NCBI GenBank assembly: GCA_041397745.1
Contig: JAWKVY010000006.1
Span: forward strand, 188,344 to 212,343
DNA length: 24,000 nucleotides
Direction of reading: 5' to 3'
From: Hyphomicrobiaceae bacterium
Lineage (GTDB): Bacteria > Pseudomonadota > Alphaproteobacteria > Rhizobiales > Hyphomicrobiaceae
The stretch's first letter is position 1, and every line of letters starts with the position of its first letter. The position numbers were made by a program, and so were the translations under genes. This document shows, in pieces, positions 16,835 through 24,000 of this stretch. The notes under the pieces are model-generated. The model was not told where the DNA came from. It was given only the letters and a program-made list of their open reading frames with translations, and did not search any database.

Positions 16835-16955
16835 CGGCCTTCCTCGCGGGTTCGGGGCGCTGCTGTGCAGTCACGCCCTATGCGAGTCGCCGAGCTGCCG
16901 GAATGCACTCGCTCGCGATTGTCAACGCCATTGCGCGGCATGGCGCGTCGGCGCT

Positions 16956-17864
16956 TCAGGCCTTCCGTGCTCGATGGTTCCGGGCGAAGTCGTAGACCGC
17001 CGTGTGATCCGCCGACTGGCCGAGCACGGCGAGTACGCTCTCGAGATGGCGACTGACGAAGCCGAGCTCGGCCATGTCGAGGCCCATCTCCTCCGCCAGT
17101 CGACGCGCCATGCCGACGTCCTTGTTCATCAGCGCCATGGCGAATCCCGAATTAAAACTGCCGCTCAGCATGTATCGCTCGGCCTTGTTCTCGGTCGTGT
17201 TGTTGCGCCCCGTCGAGGCATTCAGGACGCCGACGAGCGTCTTCGGGTCGAGGCCGAACTGCTCGGCAACGACGAGCGCCTCGGCCGTTGCGACGAGCCC
17301 TGCAGCCGAGACGTAGTTGTTCAGCGCCTTCATGGCATGGCCGGCGCCAAGCGGGCCGCATTTCAGTATTCTGCCCATCGCCTCGAGTGCTGCGCGCGCG
17401 CGCTCGATGGCCGCCTCGTCGCCGCCGGCGAGGATGGCGAGCGTGCCGCTCACAGCCTTTCCGACGCCGCCCGAGACCGGCGCATCGACGAGGCCGACGC
17501 CGCGCGCGGCGAGGTCGGCGCCGAGCCGCCTCGTGTCGAGCGGGAACGACGAACTCATGTCGATGACGAGCTGGCCTTTGCGAAGCCCGGCAGCCAGTGC
17601 ATCGCCACCCGCCTCGCCGAGCACGGCACGGCGCACGATCGCACTGTCGGGCAACATGGTGATCACGATCGGGGCGGCGGCGGCCGTTTCGGCTAGCGAG
17701 CCGGCGACGCGGATCGCAGGTGCAGAGTTGCGGAACGGCGCCAGCGAAGCGTCGGCCACGTCGTAGATCGTGATGCTGAAACCCGCCTTCGCCAGACAAC
17801 GCACCATCGGCGCTCCCATGTTGCCGATGCCGACGAAGGCAATATCTGTCGAACTGGCGGTCAT
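16956..17864 (-). CDS. NAD(P)-dependent oxidoreductase, 3-hydroxyisobutyrate / beta-hydroxyacid dehydrogenase family (second paralog)
   Basis: Start at the ATG at 17862-17864. Motifs are the Rossmann sequence IAFVGIGNMGAPMV, VDAPVSGGVGKAVSGTLAI and GAGHAMKALNNY. The product is 302 aa. It lies upstream of, and co-oriented with, the PLC-fold gene. Confidence 0.8.
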   Translation of the reverse strand: MTASSTDIAFVGIGNMGAPMVRCLAKAGFSITIYDVADASLAPFRNSAPAIRVAGSLAETAAAAPIVITMLPDSAIVRRAVLGEAGGDALAAGLRKGQLVIDMSSSFPLDTRRLGADLAARGVGLVDAPVSGGVGKAVSGTLAILAGGDEAAIERARAALEAMGRILKCGPLGAGHAMKALNNYVSAAGLVATAEALVVAEQFGLDPKTLVGVLNASTGRNNTTENKAERYMLSGSFNSGFAMALMNKDVGMARRLAEEMGLDMAELGFVSRHLESVLAVLGQSADHTAVYDFARNHRARKA

Positions 17865-18030
17865 CGCGGTCTCCCCGAGGCGTGGCTTCCACGGTGGGTC
17901 TTACAGGAACACGCCACGAGCAGGCCAGCCACCGGCCGGCACGCCGGGCGCGCGCATTGTGCAGACCGGTGCGAACGTGCCAGAAGGCAGCCTCGCCATC
18001 GTACCTCCCTTTCCGCCGAGCCTGCCTTCC

Positions 18031-18948
18031 ATGGATCATCTCTGGATCTTCATCAGCGTGTTCGCTGCGCTCATGCAGGCGGTGCGCACCGCCGCGCAGA
18101 AGACGCTGAACCAGCGCATGTCGAACCTCGGCACCACCTACGTGCGCTCGCTGGTCGGCTTGCCGATCATGCTCGTCTATCTCGCCGGCGTGCTGGTATT
18201 CTCGGGCGGTGGGCTGCCGCCGCTGTCGGGGGCCTTCCTCCTCCACACTTTCCTCGGGGCTGCCGCGCAAGTCCTCGCCACGATGTTGCTGATCCACCTT
18301 TTCAGGCTGCGCAACTTCGCCGTCGGTTCGATGCTCATCAAGGTCGACCTGGTGATGACGGCGCTGATCGGCCTCGTGGCGTTCTCGGAGTCGATCTCGG
18401 GCCCCGGCTGGCTGGCGCTCGCGATCGTCGTGGCGGGCGTGCTCGCGATGAGCGTCGGCAAGATGGGTGTCGCGAAACTCGCCGGCGATGGATCCCTCCT
18501 CTCCTCGCTGACCAACGAGGCGACGCGGGTCGCGCTTGCTTGTGCCCTGCTTTTCGCGCTGTCGTATCTCTTCCTGCGCGAGGCGACGCTGGCCTTGAAG
18601 CCAGGCGACTTCCTGTGGCGGGGGGCATGGACCGTCGTGGTGGCGACCACCATGCAGGTCGTCTGCGTCGGGGCATGGGTGATCTGGAAGGAGCCGAGGG
18701 TGTTCCTCGAAATCTGGCCCAACCGCAGGATCATCGGTTTCATCGGCTTGACCAGCGCACTCGGCTCGATCGGCTGGTTCACCGGCTTCGCATTGCAGAA
18801 CGCGAGCTACGTGCGCGCCGTCGGGCAGATCGAGGCCGTGTTCACGGTGATCATCTCGGTGCTCTACTTCCGCGAGCGGATCACGCGGCTGGAACTTGCC
18901 GGCATCGCGCTGACGGTGATCGGCGTGCTCATGTTCCGGCTGCTTTGA
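18031..18948 (+). CDS. DMT-superfamily (EamA-like) membrane transporter
   Basis: Lies within ORF 17770..18948. Start placed at the ATG at 18031 (MDHLWIFISVFAALMQAVRTAAQK...). The product is hydrophobic throughout, with many predicted TM segments and a C-terminal ERITRLELAGIALTVIGVLMF segment typical of EamA repeats. The family call is from overall pattern only. Confidence 0.6.
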   Translation: MDHLWIFISVFAALMQAVRTAAQKTLNQRMSNLGTTYVRSLVGLPIMLVYLAGVLVFSGGGLPPLSGAFLLHTFLGAAAQVLATMLLIHLFRLRNFAVGSMLIKVDLVMTALIGLVAFSESISGPGWLALAIVVAGVLAMSVGKMGVAKLAGDGSLLSSLTNEATRVALACALLFALSYLFLREATLALKPGDFLWRGAWTVVVATTMQVVCVGAWVIWKEPRVFLEIWPNRRIIGFIGLTSALGSIGWFTGFALQNASYVRAVGQIEAVFTVIISVLYFRERITRLELAGIALTVIGVLMFRLL

Positions 18949-18968
18949 CGCGGCCGGAGTGGCCGCTG

Positions 18969-21089
18969 TCACCGGCCCTCGCGATACCATGCGAGCGTGA
19001 TGAGGAAGATCAGCGCGCCGAGCGCCGCAAAGCCGGTGAACATCGGCGTCAGCTTGACGCCGCGAGTGACGAAGGCCTCGCGGTCCTTCAGGCCCATCCA
19101 ACCGGAGCCGGCCAGCACTCGTGCCGCCGACATCATGGCAATGCGCGGCACCTCGATGCCGCCGGCGAGGGTCACGGCACTCGCCTCGCGCGTCCAGAAG
19201 ATGCCGCCACCGGTCGCCTCGACGAGATCAGCGAGGCGCGCCTCGGTCGCCGTCACCTCCGACATCTCCCGCGCATCCGTGGCACCTGCATGCGCGACGG
19301 CCGTCAGCGTGCCTGTGGTCGCCCTGGTCTCGAGCTTGTAGAGCCCGGGTACGGCGACATCGACCTCGCCTCGCCACACGCCGGAACCGGCGGGCGAAAG
19401 CGCGACCTCGCTGGTCGCACCGCCCGGCGCCGACATCGAGACGGTGCCGACGCTTTCTTCCATCGACCGGCGCTCGACAGAGAGCTTCAGGCCCTTGGCG
19501 GTCGCGATCAGCCGCTCCTCTTCCAGATCAGGCTCCTTCATGAGCCAGTGCGAAAGGCGTCGCAGCAGATCGGTATGCGGTCCGCCGCCGTCGAAGCCGC
19601 GCGCCCACAGCCAGGCATGATCCGATGTCAGCAGCGCGACGCGCCCCTTGCCCTTGCGGTCGAGCACGAGCAGCGGCTTTTCGCCGACGCCGCTCATCAC
19701 CGTACGGCCCCGTTCAGCAGCCACCTCGACCTGGCGGAACCACTTGCCCCAGGTGGGGCTCGTCATGTCGCCGCCGGAGAGGTCGCGCGTCACCGGGTGG
19801 CGCGCTCCGTCGCGCGTCAGCTTCGCGCGGAACGGCTGCTCGAGCACGAGGCCGGTCGGTGTCGCCGGCAGCACGGAAAAGAGCGGTGTCCTGACGAGAC
19901 TCGCCTGGCCCGCATAGTCGTCGCCGGCCGCAACCAGCAGCGCTCCGCCGTGACGCTCCACGTAGCGGGCTATGTTGTCGTAGTAGAGCAGCTGCAGGAT
20001 GCCGCGGTGCTGATAGCGATCGAAGATGATCAGGTCGAACTCGCGGATCTTCTGCGAGAACAGCTCGCGTGTCGGGAAGGCGATGAGCGAGAGCTGGTTG
20101 ATCGGCGTGCCGTCCTGCTTCTGCGGTGGACGCAGGATCGTGAAGTGGACGAGGTCGACCGCGGCATCGGACTTCAGGAGGTTGCGCCAGGTGCGCTCGC
20201 CGGCATGAGGCTCGCCCGAGACGAGCAGCACACGCAGGTTCTCGCGCACGCCGTCGGCAGCGACGACGACGCGGTTGTTTGCGGTCGTGAGCTCGCCGTC
20301 GGCGGCCGCCAGTTCGATCTCCAGGATGTTCTGGCCGGCGTGCGGGAACGACATCGCGAGATTGACCGTACGGCCGACCTCCGTCGTACGCTCCTCATCA
20401 GGCTGGCCCTCGCGACGGATGCGCAACGTGACGGGGCCGCGCACGGCGGCCGGCACGGCGCCCGTCTCGCGCACGACGATCTCGATATCGCGGCGCTGGC
20501 CGACGATGCCGAAGCGCGGCGCACGAACGACCTCGATGCGTCGGTCGAACTCGCCACGCTTGCCGGTCAGAAGCACATGCACCGGCGCATCGAAGCCCAG
20601 TTCCTTGACCTGCCGCGGCACGTCGTGCACCTGCCCGTCGGTGATCAGCACGACGCCTGCGAGACGATCGGGCGGGGTGTCGGCGAGCGCGGTGTTGAGG
20701 TCGGCGAAAAGTTGCGTGCCCGTGCGTGTCGACTGGCCGGGCTTGGCGCCGACGACCCAGCGCACCTCCAGCTTCGGAATACGGCCGAGTTTGCCCTCGA
20801 GATCGGCGCGGATCGCCTTCATCTGCTCGGGCCGCCGCTCCAGCGTCTGGCTGGCGCTCTCGTCGAGCACCACGATCGCGATGTTGCCGAGGCTCTCGCG
20901 CTCCTCCTCGCGCAGCGTGGGATTGAGGAGCGCGAGAAACAGGGAGGCGAGTGCGAGCGTGCGCAGCAGGGCGCCGCGCGCGCGCCGCAGGATGAGGAAG
21001 GCGACCAGAAGGCCGGCAATCGCTGCGGCCACCCACAGCAGCGGCACCGGCAGCATCGGCGAGATGTCGAGCGACCAGGTGTTGGTCAT
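18969..21089 (-). CDS. Large membrane protein with vWA (MIDAS) domain, Bat-like / MoxR-associated module (706 aa)
   Basis: The ATG at 21087-21089 follows AAGGAGAC. There are two N-terminal TM segments (PLLWVAAAIAGLLVAFLIL and LLRTLALASLFLALL). An intact MIDAS motif, IAIVVLDESAS (D-x-S-x-S at nt 20850-20864), is followed by VVLITDG. A central block, LRVLLVSGEPHAGERTWRNLLKSD...FDLIIFDRY, is reminiscent of class-I glutamine-amidotransferase-like folds. There is a C-terminal TM segment, FTGFAALGALIFLITLAWY. Confidence 0.7.
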   Translation of the reverse strand: MTNTWSLDISPMLPVPLLWVAAAIAGLLVAFLILRRARGALLRTLALASLFLALLNPTLREEERESLGNIAIVVLDESASQTLERRPEQMKAIRADLEGKLGRIPKLEVRWVVGAKPGQSTRTGTQLFADLNTALADTPPDRLAGVVLITDGQVHDVPRQVKELGFDAPVHVLLTGKRGEFDRRIEVVRAPRFGIVGQRRDIEIVVRETGAVPAAVRGPVTLRIRREGQPDEERTTEVGRTVNLAMSFPHAGQNILEIELAAADGELTTANNRVVVAADGVRENLRVLLVSGEPHAGERTWRNLLKSDAAVDLVHFTILRPPQKQDGTPINQLSLIAFPTRELFSQKIREFDLIIFDRYQHRGILQLLYYDNIARYVERHGGALLVAAGDDYAGQASLVRTPLFSVLPATPTGLVLEQPFRAKLTRDGARHPVTRDLSGGDMTSPTWGKWFRQVEVAAERGRTVMSGVGEKPLLVLDRKGKGRVALLTSDHAWLWARGFDGGGPHTDLLRRLSHWLMKEPDLEEERLIATAKGLKLSVERRSMEESVGTVSMSAPGGATSEVALSPAGSGVWRGEVDVAVPGLYKLETRATTGTLTAVAHAGATDAREMSEVTATEARLADLVEATGGGIFWTREASAVTLAGGIEVPRIAMMSAARVLAGSGWMGLKDREAFVTRGVKLTPMFTGFAALGALIFLITLAWYREGR

Positions 21090-21100
21090 GGTCTCCTTGC

Positions 21101-21130
21101 CTCGAGTATCGGGGCCTCGGGTATCGGGCC
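21101..21130. repeat. Imperfect ~15-bp tandem duplication in an intergenic spacer
   Basis: CTCGAGTATCGGGGCC (21101-21116) is followed directly by TCGGGTATCGGGCC (21117-21130). It sits in the 79-nt spacer between the two large minus-strand genes. Confidence 0.4.
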
Positions 21131-21168
21131 GCAGCTGTCGCGTCCTGCGCACACGGCCGGCGCGCCTG

Positions 21169-24000
21169 CTACTGGCCGAGCCGCTCCAAGAGTGCCGGCA
21201 CGTGCACCTGATCGGCCTTGTAGTTGCCAGTCAGCGCGTACATGACGATGTTTATCCCGGTGCGGAATGCGTATTCACGCTGCTGCTCGCCGCCGGGCAC
21301 GACCGGGAACAGGGGTCTGTTGTCCTGGTCGAGCGCCCAGGCGGACGCGAAATCGTTGGGGGTGACGAGGATCGAGGAGACGCCGTCGGAACGGCGCGCC
21401 TGACGCGTCGCGCCGTTCGCCGGCTCCGCCGCTCCGGCCCCAGCACCGGCCTGCGCCGGACCGATGTCGCCCCCGCCGCCGGCCTCGACCCAGAGCTGCC
21501 CGCCATCCCAGCGACCCGGAAACGTACGCAGCAGATAGAACGAGCGCGTCAACACGTGGCCTTCGGGAACCGGCTCGAGCCGCGGGATGTCGAGCCGGCC
21601 GAGCAGACGTTGCAGGGGTGTCTCGCCGCGTCCCGCCGACTGACCGATGCCGACCGGAAGTCCCGACCCGAAATCACGCGTGTCGAAGATGATCATGCCG
21701 CCCTGCTTCATGTAGGCGTCGATCTTGGCGAGCGTCGCCTCGGAAAGGGCGGCCGCATTGGCGAGCACAGGCCAGTAGAGGATCGGGTAGAATGCGATCT
21801 CGTCGCTGTCGATTTTGACGGCGGCGGGAGGACCGGGCTCCACCGCCGTGCGCAGGGTGAGGGCCGTGACCAGTCCCTGGAGGCCGGCGAGGCTGGTTCC
21901 ATCGACGCCCGGATCGCCGGTCAGCACATAGCCGAAGGTGACCTTGCTCGTGGCCTTCAACGCCTTCTGGTCGACTTCGGAAAGTCCCGATGGCGCGGAA
22001 CGGGTCGTCTGGGCAGCCGCCGGCGTCGGAGCGAACGCGAGCAGCAGACCACCGAACAGCACGGCGACCGCAATGGCGCCGGCCGACGTGCGCGCCTGCC
22101 TCGATCGCGCGCTGCCGAGGGCCGCGAGACCGCCCTGCAGGATGATCACGGCGACGACATCAATCAGCAGGAGCGCAAGTGCGAGCGCCAGCAAGTGTGG
22201 TTTCAGCGGCGTGGCGGCCTGGCCGGCATAGGCCCGCGTCTCGGTGCCCGCCGGAAGTGACGGCAGGGACTTCAGAACCGTGTCGGCGCGGGCAATGTTG
22301 AGGGCGCGCGTGGTCCCGCCAGCCCCGTAGTAGCCGGGCGGATGCGCCGGCCCCGGCACGATCTCGGACAGGCGCGCGGCGGCGATCGCCTGCGCCGTCG
22401 GCGGAGGCGGCACCAGCTGGCCCTGGCCATCGAGAACTTGCAGCGGTGCGAGCACGTTCTGATCCTTCGTCGCACTTTCGCCCTTTGCGGAATCGGAGGC
22501 ACTGGTGCGGGTCGTTTCCTTCGTGCCGCCACTGGCGGCGGACGAGCCGAGTGTCGAGATGCGCCGGAGCATCTCCACGAACAGTCCGGACAGGGGCAGA
22601 TTGGACCAATCCGAGTTCGCCGTCACGTGGAACAGCACGATGCGGCCCTCGCCGAGCCGGCGCGCGGTGACGAGTGGCGTGCCGTCCTCGAGGCGCGCCC
22701 AGACCTGCGTCTCGGGATCTATGCGGGCCGGATCGGCCAACACCTGTCGCTGCACCTTGACGTCCTTCGGCACGGCAAGGCCGACGAACAGGCTGTCGTC
22801 GGGAAAGCGCGCCAGCGACTGGGGCGTCGACCAAGACAGAGCGCCGCCGAGAGTGCGCCCGCCGAACCTCAGCGCCACCGGCAGCAGGTCGTCGCCGCCC
22901 TTCTCGAGGCGCGGTCCGGCGAAGCGGACGAGCACGCCGCCCTGTTCCACCCACTTGGTGATCTGCGCATGCGTATCGCCCGAGATCGTACCGATGTCGG
23001 CGAGCACGGCAACGGTCGCGCGATCACGGACGAGTTGCTCGAAGCCCGCGTGGAAGTTGGCGCCAGCAGGCTCGACGAGCTCGGCGAACGGCTCGAGCGC
23101 ACGGCGGATGTAGTAGAGCGGCCAGAGCAGCGGCTGGGCGAGATCGAGGCTCGAACCCGACAGCAGGCCGACGCGGTGCCACTGCGAGCGGGCGTCGAGC
23201 AGATGGACGGCGCCAGCCGAACGCTCACCCGCGATCGCGACACGCGTCACCTGGTTCCTCAGCTCCAGAGGCAGCTCGAATGTGGCGCTCGCCGATGCCG
23301 CACCGGCCGACAGCGCGATCCGGGCCTCGGCGAGGCGCTCGCCGCGCGTCGACAGCCCCGTCACCGTCAGCTCGCGCGCCCCGCCACCGGCTCGGATCAC
23401 CTTCGCGGTGAGCTTGCCGCCGCGATCGAGGCCCGCGAACACGGCCAGCGGCTCGTGCCCGCTGGCGCTCTCGACCACTGAAAGCCCGGCATCGGCGAGC
23501 CGCGCCAGTCCTGCAGCGAAGGCCGAAGCCTCGCCGTGATCGAGCCCGTCGGCGAGCCAGACGATGCTGCTCGACGATTTGCCGCCCAGTGCCGTTTCAA
23601 GCGCCTTCAGCGCCTCGCCACGGCCCGGTGCGAACGGCTGCGGAACGAGCGCGGCCGCGCGCACGCGCGCCGCTGCCGGTGCCAGCACCTGCAGCACATT
23701 CGCGCGCCCCTGTTCGGCAGTCCCCGCGATCACAACCGGCCGGCGCGCCGCCTCCGCCTCGTCGATGAGACTGGCGATCAACCGCTGCCGCTCGGCCCAG
23801 CGCGTCGCCGACGCCCAGCCGTTGTCGACCACGATGGCGACTGGCCCTGAGCCCCTGAGAGCCGTCGTGCGATCCGGATTGAGCATCGGCTCGGCAAGCG
23901 CCAGGATCACGGCGGCAGCCGCCAGCAGGCGGATCAGCATCAGCCACCAAGGGGTCTTGTCGGGTGTGCGCTCGCGGTTCTCGAGGCCGACGAGGATGCG
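21169..24000 (-). CDS. Large membrane protein with N-terminal double-transmembrane domain and C-terminal DUF4159-like domain; 5' end outside the window
   Basis: The frame stays open past the ATG at 23940 to nt 24000. It reads ...RILVGLENRERTPDKTPWWLMLIRLLAAAAVILALAEPMLNP, the second half of the double-TM anchor pattern. There is a mid-protein TM pair (LLALALALLLIDVVAVIIL and AIAVAVLFGGLLLAF). The C-terminal blocks are FYPILYWPV, YMKQGGMIIFDTRDFG, LTRSFYLLRTFPGRWDGGQLWVE and INIVMYALTGNYKADQVHV, which I associate with DUF4159. Confidence 0.7.
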   Translation of the reverse strand, partial: RILVGLENRERTPDKTPWWLMLIRLLAAAAVILALAEPMLNPDRTTALRGSGPVAIVVDNGWASATRWAERQRLIASLIDEAEAARRPVVIAGTAEQGRANVLQVLAPAAARVRAAALVPQPFAPGRGEALKALETALGGKSSSSIVWLADGLDHGEASAFAAGLARLADAGLSVVESASGHEPLAVFAGLDRGGKLTAKVIRAGGGARELTVTGLSTRGERLAEARIALSAGAASASATFELPLELRNQVTRVAIAGERSAGAVHLLDARSQWHRVGLLSGSSLDLAQPLLWPLYYIRRALEPFAELVEPAGANFHAGFEQLVRDRATVAVLADIGTISGDTHAQITKWVEQGGVLVRFAGPRLEKGGDDLLPVALRFGGRTLGGALSWSTPQSLARFPDDSLFVGLAVPKDVKVQRQVLADPARIDPETQVWARLEDGTPLVTARRLGEGRIVLFHVTANSDWSNLPLSGLFVEMLRRISTLGSSAASGGTKETTRTSASDSAKGESATKDQNVLAPLQVLDGQGQLVPPPPTAQAIAAARLSEIVPGPAHPPGYYGAGGTTRALNIARADTVLKSLPSLPAGTETRAYAGQAATPLKPHLLALALALLLIDVVAVIILQGGLAALGSARSRQARTSAGAIAVAVLFGGLLLAFAPTPAAAQTTRSAPSGLSEVDQKALKATSKVTFGYVLTGDPGVDGTSLAGLQGLVTALTLRTAVEPGPPAAVKIDSDEIAFYPILYWPVLANAAALSEATLAKIDAYMKQGGMIIFDTRDFGSGLPVGIGQSAGRGETPLQRLLGRLDIPRLEPVPEGHVLTRSFYLLRTFPGRWDGGQLWVEAGGGGDIGPAQAGAGAGAAEPANGATRQARRSDGVSSILVTPNDFASAWALDQDNRPLFPVVPGGEQQREYAFRTGINIVMYALTGNYKADQVHVPALLERLGQ

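Noticed and set aside
16920-16925. Perfect TTGACA on the minus strand in the 120-nt gap upstream of the PLC-fold gene
   Set aside because: There is no acceptable -10 hexamer at 16-18 nt spacing (the sequence there is TCCGGC). The gene may simply be co-transcribed with the upstream dehydrogenase.
18950-18966. Hairpin GCGGCC-GGAGT-GGCCGC in the 20-nt spacer between the convergent DMT and vWA genes
   Set aside because: The stem is only 6 bp and has no U-tract on either strand. That is insufficient for an intrinsic-terminator call.
18540-21245. 901-aa plus-strand ORF, with neighbours 17152..19101 (minus, 649 aa) and 20275..22260 (plus, 661 aa)
   Set aside because: All three lie antisense to or out of frame with genes that carry clear domain motifs (DMT transporter, dehydrogenase, vWA/MIDAS protein, DUF4159 protein). 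Their translations are Arg/Ala/Pro/Gly-rich low-complexity strings with no motifs. Long stop-free antisense frames are expected at this G+C content.
22160-23481. ORFs 22160..22954 (minus, alternate frame) and 22342..23481 (plus, 379 aa) inside the DUF4159 gene
   Set aside because: They are alternate-frame or antisense ORFs with Arg-rich nonsense-like translations. The annotated frame carries the TM segments and conserved blocks.
1-24000. Scan for tRNA/rRNA genes, CRISPR repeats, IS elements/transposases, integrases, toxin-antitoxin pairs and defence-type nuclease/helicase/ATPase genes
   Set aside because: I recognised none on either strand. I saw no T-loop-like GGTTCGAATCC-type sequences, no regularly spaced repeats and no transposase or integrase motifs. 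This was a scan by eye, not a computed search.

Overview
This is a high-G+C, densely packed chromosomal segment whose gene content looks like a Rhizobiales/Hyphomicrobiales-type alphaproteobacterium; that taxonomic call is an inference. I can support 22 protein-coding genes, one rho-independent terminator, one AT-rich divergent regulatory gap and one short tandem duplication.

I recognised no rRNA, tRNA, CRISPR array, transposase, integrase or long repeat.

Gene content, left to right:
- A 5'-truncated Amidase_3 cell-wall amidase, arfB and a beta-hydroxyacid dehydrogenase.
- A small coiled-coil ORF, then hemF translationally coupled to a Bcr/CflA-type MFS exporter.
- A 435-aa putative lipoprotein of unknown function.
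- A CoA-pyrophosphatase (Nudix) / small membrane protein / cca operon.
- A five-gene operon: a polar-amino-acid/opine-type ABC importer (ATPase, binding protein, two permeases) plus an arginase-fold ureohydrolase.
- An alphaproteobacterial H-NS-like gene next to the only clearly AT-rich DNA in the window.
- A PLP-dependent Ser/Thr-dehydratase-family gene.
- A zinc-phospholipase-C-fold protein fused to a DUF4332 helix-hairpin-helix module.
- A second beta-hydroxyacid dehydrogenase paralog and a DMT/EamA-type transporter.
- Two very large membrane proteins at the right edge. One has an intact vWA MIDAS motif. The other has a double-TM N-terminus plus a DUF4159-like C-terminus and runs off-window. 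Both belong to the poorly understood MoxR/DUF58/Bat-like module.

I do not see a convincing new multi-gene system such as a defence island, toxin-antitoxin pair or mobile element, and most of the window is ordinary core genome. The items most worth a second look are the Zn-PLC-fold/DUF4332 fusion, the Bat-like giant membrane proteins, the transporter-ureohydrolase operon of unknown substrate, the lipoprotein, and the ambiguous basic N-terminal extension of the H-NS-like gene. The many long ORFs in the six-frame track that lie antisense to these genes are treated as GC-driven shadow ORFs.
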